From Chiloscyllium plagiosum (lineage: Eukaryota): DNA of 64,000 bases. The position numbers and the translations under genes are program-made. The stretch's first letter is position 1. Each line of letters begins with the position of its first letter. The DNA lies in the NCBI RefSeq assembly GCF_004010195.1, contig NC_057760.1:50871-114870 (forward strand), given 5' to 3'. The notes beneath the pieces are model-generated. The model ran no database searches, was not told the origin of the DNA, and saw nothing but the letters and a program-made list of their open reading frames with translations. Shown here in pieces: positions 49,501-58,950 of this stretch.

Positions 49501-51772
49501 GATTGTAAACGCCCAGATTGACAACCGGCCCAGCAAGCAGCCTACCACCCACTCTGGTACCAGGTCTATTGTTCTAGCGGCCACTCAGCCTGGCACCCAA
49601 CCTGCCACCCAGCACGCCACCCAGTCTGGAACCCAACCTGCCACCCGGCACGCCACCCAGTCTGGAACCCAACCTGCCGCCCAGCACGCCACCCAGTCTG
49701 GAAACGCCACCCAGTCTGGAACCCAACCTGCCGCCCAGCACGCCACCCAGTCTGGAACCCAACCTGCCACCCAGCACGTCACCCAGTCTGGAACCCAACC
49801 TGCCACCCAGCACGCCACCCAGTCTGGAACCCAACCTGCCGCCCAGCACGTCACCCAGTCTGGAACCCAACCTGCCGTTCAGCACTCCGCCCAATCTGGA
49901 ACCCAACCTGCCGCTCAGCACGTCACCGAGTCTGGAACCCAACCTGCCACTCAGCGTGCCATCCAGTCTGGAACCCAACCTGCCGCCCAGCACACCACCC
50001 TGTCTGGAACCCAACCTGCCACCCAGCATGCCACCCCGTCTGGAACCCAACCTGCCGCCCAGCCCGCCACCCGGTCTGGAACCCAACCTGCCACCCAGCA
50101 TGCCACCCAGTCTGGAACCCAATCTGCCGCCCAGCGCGCCACCCCCTCTGGAACCCAACCTGCCACCCAGCACGCCACTCAGTCTGGCCGCCGGCACGCC
50201 ACCCAGTCTGGAACCCAACATGCAACCCAACCTACTGCCCAGCCCATCACCACGTCTGGCATTCAAGCTACTACACAGCATGCCACTCAATCTGGCACTC
50301 GGCATGCTGCCCAGTCTGGAACCCAACCTGCTGCCCAGCATGCCACCCAACCTACTGCCCAGCACGCCACCTTGTCTGGCACCCAGTCTGTTGCCCAGCA
50401 TGCCTCCAGGTCTGGCACCCAGCCTGCAACCCAGCACGCCACCAAGGCAGGCACCCGGTCCAGAGCCCACCATAGCAACCAATCTGGTACCCAGCCTGCT
50501 GCCCAGCACATCACCCAGTCTGGTACCCAGCCAGCTGCCCAGCATGCCACCCAGCATACAACCAAAGCTGGTACCCAGTATGGCACACAGTCTGCAGCCC
50601 AGTACATTGCCAAGTCTGCTAACAAAGCCCAAACTGCCGTCCCATCTGCTGCCCCATCTGACAGCCATTCCAGCCTCCGGCCCTTCACTGGCCCCAGCTC
50701 ATCCCCATCTGCCAGCAGGACCCAGGCAAAACAGGCGCACACCTCCACCTCCTCCTCCCCCATCATCCTGATGGGCTCCTCGCAGATCTCCATCAGTGAT
50801 TCCAGCCACTCTGGGCAGACCACAGCCGCCCCGGTCACCATCGGCAAGGGGGCAGAGATCATTGTTGCCAACTCAGACAGCACAGCAAAAGAGAGCGCTG
50901 TTCCCATCATCTTGGTAGCTGGGGATGAGATCATAGTCACTAGTTTGGACAGCACTGGGAACAACAGTAGCTCTCCTACAGACAGCAGCAGCCAGACGGA
51001 AATCATCATCTCTGATGCTGAGGGTTCAGAAAATGCAACGTCTGCTTCCATTGTCCTCAGCAGTGGGGACGAGATCGTGGTCGCCAGTGCTAACGGTGCT
51101 TGGACTGAAACTGCTACTTCAATTTTACTCGGCAACAAAACCAAAATCAAAATTGCCAGCATAAAAGACAGCAAACCCCCGATTGTTTTAGACAATGGTT
51201 TAGAAATAATAACCAAACATTATTCAGAAATGGAAAAGACTGAGCCCAAGCAGGTACGCATGTCTGTCATTCCGGAGACTTCAGTTCCCATTATTCTTAC
51301 CAGAAGCAAAGCCATCATGAAGGTCCCAGGCAAAAGTCCTACAGTGCAAGAGACCACAACTACGCCTCACATGGACATGCCTGTTGTCATCTCGCTAGAC
51401 ACCTCTTCTTATACATGGGCCCAGTGGAGTGACTGGTACTGCAACTGCCTTAATAGTAGCATGTCGCGAATCCGGGGCATTATGGACAAGGAGACGGGTG
51501 CCATCCTCCATACCAAGAACTACCAGCCTAGCTATTTCCAAAGAGAACCTTGTGACTATAAGGTCTGCCAGTGCAGCCAGGAGGACAGACAGTGTGCTTC
51601 CACCAATGTCACCTGCTTAGAGTCCAACCTGTACGACTGCGTGCTTGATGACATCGCCTATCAGAGCGTTTTGAACTCCAAGCATTACTGGAGTAAGTTG
51701 CAGAAGGGAGTCCAGGCCCTTTATCAGAAAATTAAAATGTTCTTGAGGAAAAACGCAAAGGAGAAGACATAG
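49361..51772 (+). CDS. C1orf56: Predicted secreted mucin-like protein (803 aa) with a C-terminal TSP1-like Trp/Cys domain; probable MENT/C1orf56 orthologue
   Basis: Uninterrupted 2.4-kb ORF with a strong Kozak context (GCCATGG) at 49361 and a hydrophobic N-terminus (MDFVALTFLLAHLAAPG). The C-terminus WAQWSDWYCNC..SMSRIR..EPCDYKVCQC..C..C..YWSKLQKGVQALY parallels recalled mammalian MENT (WGPWHCHC..TMSRSR..KPCTYQQCPC..FWKRVRIGLEDIW). It lies directly downstream of BNIPL on the same strand, as in human 1q21. Confidence 0.8.
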   Translation: MDFVALTFLLAHLAAPGKAPAVAGGVILIVVPSEGSALNRLALPSTQIVNAQIDNRPSKQPTTHSGTRSIVLAATQPGTQPATQHATQSGTQPATRHATQSGTQPAAQHATQSGNATQSGTQPAAQHATQSGTQPATQHVTQSGTQPATQHATQSGTQPAAQHVTQSGTQPAVQHSAQSGTQPAAQHVTESGTQPATQRAIQSGTQPAAQHTTLSGTQPATQHATPSGTQPAAQPATRSGTQPATQHATQSGTQSAAQRATPSGTQPATQHATQSGRRHATQSGTQHATQPTAQPITTSGIQATTQHATQSGTRHAAQSGTQPAAQHATQPTAQHATLSGTQSVAQHASRSGTQPATQHATKAGTRSRAHHSNQSGTQPAAQHITQSGTQPAAQHATQHTTKAGTQYGTQSAAQYIAKSANKAQTAVPSAAPSDSHSSLRPFTGPSSSPSASRTQAKQAHTSTSSSPIILMGSSQISISDSSHSGQTTAAPVTIGKGAEIIVANSDSTAKESAVPIILVAGDEIIVTSLDSTGNNSSSPTDSSSQTEIIISDAEGSENATSASIVLSSGDEIVVASANGAWTETATSILLGNKTKIKIASIKDSKPPIVLDNGLEIITKHYSEMEKTEPKQVRMSVIPETSVPIILTRSKAIMKVPGKSPTVQETTTTPHMDMPVVISLDTSSYTWAQWSDWYCNCLNSSMSRIRGIMDKETGAILHTKNYQPSYFQREPCDYKVCQCSQEDRQCASTNVTCLESNLYDCVLDDIAYQSVLNSKHYWSKLQKGVQALYQKIKMFLRKNAKEKT
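49582..50600 (+). repeat. Coding minisatellite, 36-nt unit (CAGTCTGGAACCCAACCTGCCACCCAGCACGCCACC) encoding QSGTQPATQHAT
   Basis: About 16 well-conserved units followed by about 10 degenerate or partial units; all length changes keep the frame. Confidence 0.95.
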
Positions 51773-52274
51773 TCAACAAGGTAAGAAACTTGCCAGGTTC
51801 CCATTGGAAGGAGGCAGGCCATTGAAGCCAGCACATCCTGCTTTGAGGTGGAGTTCAGTTTTATACAAGAGTCAGTTTGATCTCACACTTTAGCAGATTG
51901 TCGCCCTTGGTCATTGGCATTTGGTTTTTAATTCATTCACAGGGATGTGGGCTTTGCTGTTAACTCAATAGCCCCTTCTCTACCCTCTCCACCCTGACAT
52001 TTGCCCCTTGAGAAGTTGGCATTGAGCCACTTTCTTGAAACCAAGTAGTTTGTCCAGCCATTTTTTCTCGAGTCAACAAATGGTTATAGCACAGCCTGTT
52101 TGGGCTGGAATGTTTATGCCAGCTTTCTCTCTGGTAAAGCAACAACTCAGTCCCACTCTCTTGTCTTTTTGAAAATTTTTCTTTTCACATAATGCTCCAA
52201 TTCATTTTTTGAAAGCTGTGATTGCCTCTGCCTCCACTATACTTGTACATAGTGAATTCCAGATCTTCAGCATG

Positions 52275-52545
52275 CGTTGCCTGAAAATATTCTCCCACAA
52301 TGCTGCAGCTTCTTAACCACTGGCTGCCTGAGAATATTTTCCCACAATGCTACAGCTTAACCACTGGCTGCCTGAAAATATTTTCCCACAACGCTGCAAC
52401 TTCTTAACCAATTGCTGCCTGAAAGTATTTTCCGACAATGCTGTTGCTTTTTTAACCACTGGCTGCCTGAAAATATTTTGCACAATGCTGCTGCTTCTTA
52501 ACCACTGACTGCCTGAAAATATTTTCTCACAATGCTGCTTCTTTG
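52275..52545. repeat. ~47-bp minisatellite, ~6 copies
   Basis: Unit TGCCTGAAAATATTTTCCCACAATGCTGCAGCTTCTTAACCACTGGC. Confidence 0.9.
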
Positions 52546-53014
52546 TTCATCACCTTAAACTTATATCCCTCTGGTTTTCAAGCCTTCCAACAATGGAAAC
52601 AGTTTCTCCCTCTCTGTCTAGATCACTCATGATTTTGAACCTCCTCTCCGCTTTCTCTTCTTGAAGTAGAAATGCAGCTTTTCTGATCTGTCTTCATCAC
52701 TGGAGTCCATTTTCCCAGGAACCATTCTTTTAAATCTCTTCTGCACCTTATTTCGAGCCTTCACATCCTACCTAAAGAGCAGTGCCAGACCTAATACTGC
52801 AGTGGAAGTTGAACCAGTGCTTTATACAGCGTTTATTACTTATTGCTTTTGTACTCTATTCCCCTATTGCTAAAACTTGTGTGCTTTTATTGACTGCATC
52901 TTTCATCTGTCCTGCCATTTTTAATGATTTCTACACAATACCCTGGGTTCTTCAGCTCCTACAGCCCTCTAAGAATAGTATCCTTTACCTTATATTGCCT
53001 CTGCTTGCTCTTGG

Positions 53015-56000
53015 AATCATAGAGATGTACAGCACGGAAACAGACCCTTCGGTCCAACTTGTCCATGCCGACCAGATATCCCAATCCAATCTAGCCACCT
53101 GGCCCATATCCCTCCAAACCCTTTCTATTCATATACCCAACCAGATGTCTTTTAAATTTTGCAATTGTACTAGCCTCCACCACTTCCTCTGGCAGCCCAT
53201 TCCACACACTGACTATCTTCTGTATGAAAAAATTGCCCCTTAGGTCTCTTTTATATCTTTCCCCTCTCACCCTAAACCTATGCCCTCTAGTTCTGGACTC
53301 CCCCTCCCCAGGGAAAAGACATTGTCTATTTACCCTATCCATGCCTCTCATGATTTTATAAACTTCTATAAGGTCATCCCTCAACCTCTGAAGATCCAGC
53401 CTATTCAACCTCTCCCTATAGCTCAAATCCACCAACCCTGGCAACATTCTTGTAAATCTTTCCTGAACCCTTTCAAGTTTCACAACATCCTTCAGATAGG
53501 AAGGAGACCAGAATTGCACGCAATATTCCAAAAGTGTCCTAACCAATGTCCTGTACAGCCGCAACATGACCTCCCAACTCCTGCACTCAATACTCTGACC
53601 AAATAAGGAAATGCATTCTTCATTGTCCTATCTACCTGCGACTCTACTTTCAAGGAACTATGCACCTGTACTCCAAGGTCTCTTTGTTCAGCAACACTCC
53701 GTAGGGCCTTACCATTAAGTATATAAGTCCTACTAAGATTTGCTTTCCCAAAATGGAGCACCTCGCATTTATCTAAATTAAACTCCATTTCCCTCAGCCC
53801 ATTGGATCATCTGATCAAGATCCCTTTGTAATCCAAGGTAACCTTCTTCACTGTGCACTACACCTCCAATTTTGGCATTATCTGCAAACTTACTAACTAT
53901 ACCTCTTAAGCTCCCATTCAAATCATTAATGTAAATGACGAAAAGTAGTGGACTCAGCACCGATCCTTGTGGCACTCCACTGGTCACAGGTGTCGTGGTT
54001 GAAAAACAACTTTCCACCAGTACCCTCTGTCTTCTACCTTTGAGCAAGTTCTGTATCCAAATGGCTAGTTCTCCCTGTAGATCTAACCTTCCTAACCAGT
54101 CTCCCAATGGGGAACTTTATCGAACACCTTACTGAAGTCCATATAGATCATGTCTACTGCTCTACCCTCATCAGTCCTCTTTGTTACTTCTTCAAAAAAC
54201 TCAATCAAGTTTGAGAGACATGATTTCCCACACACTAAGCCATGTTGACTATCCTGAATCAGTCCTTGCCTTTCCAAATACATGTACCTCCTGTCCCTCA
54301 GGATTCCCTCCAACAACTTGCCCACACCGATGTCAGGCTCACTGGTGTATAGTTCCCTGGCTTGTCCTTACCACCTTTCTTAAATAGTGGCACCACGTTA
54401 ACCAACCTCCAGTCTTCTGGCACCTCACCTGTGACTATCGATGTTACAAATATCTCAGCAAGAGGCCCAGCAATCACTTCCCTAGCATCCTACAGAGTTC
54501 TGATCAGGTACTGGGGATTTATTCACCTTTATGCTTTTCAAGACAAACGGCACTTCAGCACTTCCTCCTCTGTAATATGGACATTTTTCAAGATGTCTCC
54601 ATCTATTTCCTTACATTCTATATCTTCCATGTCCTTTTCCACAGTAAACATTGATGCAAAATACTCATTTAGTATCTCCCTTATATTCTTCGGCTGCCTT
54701 GCTGATCTTTGAGGGGGCCTATTCTCTCCCTAGTTACCCTTCTGTTCTTAATCTCTTTGGATTCTCCTTAACTGTATTTGCCAAAGCTATCTCAAGTCCC
54801 CTTTTTGCCCTCCTGATTTCCCTCTTAAGTATACTCTTACTGCCTTTATACACTTCTAAGGATTCACTTGATCTATCCTGACTGTACCTGACATATGCTT
54901 CCTTCTTTTTCTTAACCAAACCCTCAATTTCTTTAGTCATCCAGCTTTCTCTATACCTACCAGCCTTTCCTTTTACCCTAATAGGAATATACTTTCTCTG
55001 GATTCTCATTATCTCATTTCTGAAGGCTTCCAATTTCCAGCCGTCCCTTTACCTGTGAACATCTGCCCCCAATCAGCTTTTGAAAGTTCTTGCCTAATAC
55101 CGTCCAAATTGGCCTTTCTCCAATTTAGAAAGTCAACTTTTAGATCTGGTCTATCTTTTTCCATCACTATTTTAAAACTAATAGAATTATGGCCGCTGGC
55201 CCCTCAGTGCTCCCCCACTGATACCTGAGTCACATGCCCTGCTTTATTTCCCAAGAGTAGGTCAAGTTTTACACCATGTCTAGGAGGTACATCTACACAC
55301 TGAATCAGAAAATTTTCTTGTACATGTTTAACAAATTCCTCACCACCTTAACACTATGGCAGTTCTAGTCTTTGTTTGGAAAGTTAAAGTCCCCTACCAT
55401 AACCACCCTATTATTCTTACAGATAGCTGAGATTGCCTTACAAAATTGTTTCTCAATATCCCTCTGACTATTAGGGGATTTACAATACAATCCCAATAAG
55501 GTGATCATCCATTTCTTATTTCTCAGTTCCCTGGATGTATTTCCAGGAATATCCTCCCTCAGCACAGCTGTAATGATATCCCTCAACAAACGCCACTCCC
55601 CCTCCTCTCTCGCCTCCCTTTTTATCCTTCCTGTAGCATTTGTATCCTGGAACATTAAGCTGGCAGTCCTGCCCATCCCTGAGCCATATTTCTGTAATTG
55701 CTATGATACCCAGTCCCATGTTCCTAACCACGCTCTGAGTTCATCTGCCTTCCTTGTTAAACTCCTTGCATTGAAATAAATGCAGTTTAATTTATCAGTC
55801 CTACCTTGTTCTCTGCTTTGTCCCTGCCTGCACTGTTTGGCTTGTTTCTTTTTCTCGGCTTACCAGTCTCAGATTAATCTCTTTCCTCACTGTCTCCTCC
55901 TCCCCCCCACCTTACTAGCTTAAATCCTCCCGAGCAGCTCTAGCAAATCTCCCTACCAGTATATTAGTCCCCTTTCAATTTAGATGCAATCTGTCCTTCT

Positions 56001-57600
56001 GGTACAGGTCACTTTTACCCCAGAAGAGATTCCAATGATCCAAAAATGTGAATCCTTCTCCCATATACCAGCTCCTCAGTCATGCATTCATCTGATCTGT
56101 CCTCCTATTCCTACCCTCACTAGCTCATAGCACCGGGAGTAATCCAGATATTACTACTTTCGAGGACCTCCTCTTTAAATTCCTGCCTCTCTGTATTCTC
56201 TCTTCAGAATCTCAACCTTTTCCCTTCCCAAGTCGTTGGTTCCAATGTATAGTGACCTCCTGCTGGGCCCTCTCCCTCTTGAGAACATTCTGCACCCTTG
56301 CTGAGACATCCATGATCCTGGCACCAGGGAAGCAACACATCATTCTGATTTTTCACTGCTGGCCACAGTCTGTCTGTGCCTTGGACTGAAGAGTCCCCGA
56401 ACACAATCGATCTCTTGGAATCCGACGTACCCCTGATCCAAAAATGTGAATCCTTCTCCCATATACCAGCTCCTCAGTCATGCATTCATCTGATCTGTCC
56501 TCCTATTCCTACCCTCACTAGCTCATAGCACCGGGAGTAATCCAGATATTACTACTTTCGAGGACCTCCTCTTTAAATTCCTGCCTCTCTGTATTCTCTC
56601 TTCAGAATCTCAACCTTTTCCCTTCCTATGTCGTTGGTTCCAATGTATAGTGACCTCCTGCTGGGCCCTCTCCCTCTTGAGAACATTCTGCACCCTTGCT
56701 GAGACATCCACGATCCTGGCACCAGGGAAGCAACACATCATTCTGATTTTTCACTGCTGGCCACAGTCTGTCTGTGCCTTGTTCTGAAGAGTCCCCGAAC
56801 ACAATCGATCTCTTGGAACCCGACGTACCCCTCGTTGCATTAGAGCCAGTCTCAATACCAGAAACATGGCAGTTTGTGCTACATTCCTCTGAGAATCCAT
56901 CACCCCCTACATTTTCCAAAACAGCACACTTGTTTGAAATGGGGATAGCCACAGAAGAGACCTCCACTACCTGCCTACCTCTCTTAACTTTCCTAAAGTT
57001 AACTCATCTTTGTGACTGTATCTGCAACTTTTCTCCCTTCCTATAACTGCTATCCATCACACCCCCTTGCTCTTGTAAATTCCTCATTGCCTCTGTCACT
57101 CCAACCATTCCATTCTATTCACAACTAACGGCATTTATTGCAGATATAATCCTCAGTAACTTGTAAACTGTCCCTAAACTCCCACATCCGACAAGAAGAG
57201 CAAATCACCCTACTGAGGGCCATTTTTGCTTCTTCTAATCTGCATACCCAGAAAATAGCCCCGTCTTATTCCTCTACAAAATACTGCTCCACGCTAACTT
57301 AATTCTTATGGCTAATATTTTAAAGATCAATCAAGAGACATATCTCAATAAAACATATAATCAAGAAAGAACCCACTCTCTTCACTACTGCAGACTCCAC
57401 TTAAATCTATTCATTTATCTGTCTCTGCTGTGACCTCTGTCAGTTGTGAGTTTCACTGTTTGTTACTTTTCCCAGATGCATTTCGATGTCCAGCAATACA
57501 TAAGTTCAAACAAAGGCAGTAACCGTGCAGGTTTACTCCTGTCTCAGTTAGCAGTGTGGGTTTCTTTCTCTCTCTCTCTCCTGCACTGACCTCACCATGT
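53015..57600 (-). mobile_element. Near full-length, degenerate CR1-clade LINE with a 398-bp internal tandem duplication
   Basis: ORF1 start at 57223 ([15 protein letters not shown]); IIAITEIWL and MVGDFNFP (APE); [17 protein letters not shown] (RT); CR1 3' end at ~53015. Confidence 0.92.
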
Positions 57601-58139
57601 TAGCAGAATGAATTCTCTCTCACTTCTCTGTATTAGATTCCATCTGCCACCTGTGCATCCCGCCCACTAGCTTGTCTCTATCTTTTTGTGTAGTATTTGA
57701 ATTCATATCTCTGGAATCTCCTTGTACTGTTAGTAATCATAACCACTGTGTGACCATCATAAAATGAAATGGTTTTCGATATTCTTGGCCTTTTCTTCAG
57801 TGGCTTGCCCTGTAGCAAATCATTTGTGCATGAAAACAAATTACCTGGCAGTTACAGCACAGATGTGGAGGCTCTGGGATAGGCTTGTTTTAAACGCACT
57901 CCATTGGCATTGAAGTTGTCTTCTTCAGTTGAAATTATTTTCTTTGAAACATTGCTGGAAGAAACCCCTTGTTTCGTTGGAGAGGGCAAGATGGTGAATT
58001 TCTGCCTTTCAGAGAAATTTTGGGGGCGATTCCACTGGTTTGCCTCCTGTCATTTATCTTTTGAAAGTACTGTCTGCCAGTTATTTCTCCAGCATGCCAC
58101 ATACAACCATCACATTCTACAAATCAACTCATAATTTCA

Positions 58140-58950
58140 GGCAGTTTAAATGTCGTGATGTTGTAGATGATACAAATATTTCTACCAAGGCGGCCCGCGC
58201 TTTCCTCTCTAACTTCCCACAAAGTCCTGGGATAGACTAGATCAAGTCCAGGAGATTTAGCCACCTTTATGTTTTCTAACACCTCTAGCACTTCCTTTAC
58301 TGTAATATGAACTATTTTCAAAACTTCAGTATTTATTTCTCTGAGTTCTCTAGCCTTCCTTTCTTTCTCCACAGTAAAAGCTGATGAAAAATATTCATTT
58401 AATTAGGTCAATGGGCTGAGGAGTGGCAGATGTAGTTTAATTTGGGTAAATGCAAGGGGGGGGTGGTATAAGGGTTTGGAGGGTTGGTGTGGACTTGATG
58501 GGCCAAGGTATTGCATTTTGGTAAAACAAACAAGGGCAGAACGTTTTTGATTAAAAGTGGGTAGTGTTGTAGAACAGAGAGACCTAAGGGTTCAGGTACG
58601 TGTTTTTGGAAGTTTCCATCACATATAGACAGGGTGGCTAAGAAGGCGTTTAGCACGCTTGTCATCATTGCTCAGACCTTTAAGAGTTGGAATGTGATGT
58701 TGAGGTTGTACAGGATGTTGGTGAGGCCACTTCTAGAGTACTGTGTGGGTTCTGGTCGCCTGAACTAGGGAGGATATTATTAAGCTGGAGAGAGTTCGGA
58801 AGAGATTTACCAGGATGTTGCTATGAATGGAGCATTTGAGTTATGTAGAAGTATGGCTGGATAGGTTGGGACTTTTTTCCCTGGAGTGTAGGCGGTTGAG
58901 GGGAGAATGGAATGGACTGGTTGGGTCGAAGGATCTGTTTCCATGCTGTA
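58140..58950. mobile_element. CR1 fragment with a 5' inversion (junction ~58402)
   Basis: 58140-58400 (-, [15 protein letters not shown]) joined to 58405-58950 (+, 3' RT/UTR). Confidence 0.75.

Noticed and set aside
49574..51216. Long antisense and alternative-frame ORFs (364 aa GSRLGGVLGGRL repeat, 309 aa, 271 aa) over the tandem repeat
   Set aside because: Shadow ORFs: the 36-nt unit lacks stops in several frames. Only the + frame has a Kozak ATG, a signal peptide and a conserved C-terminal domain.
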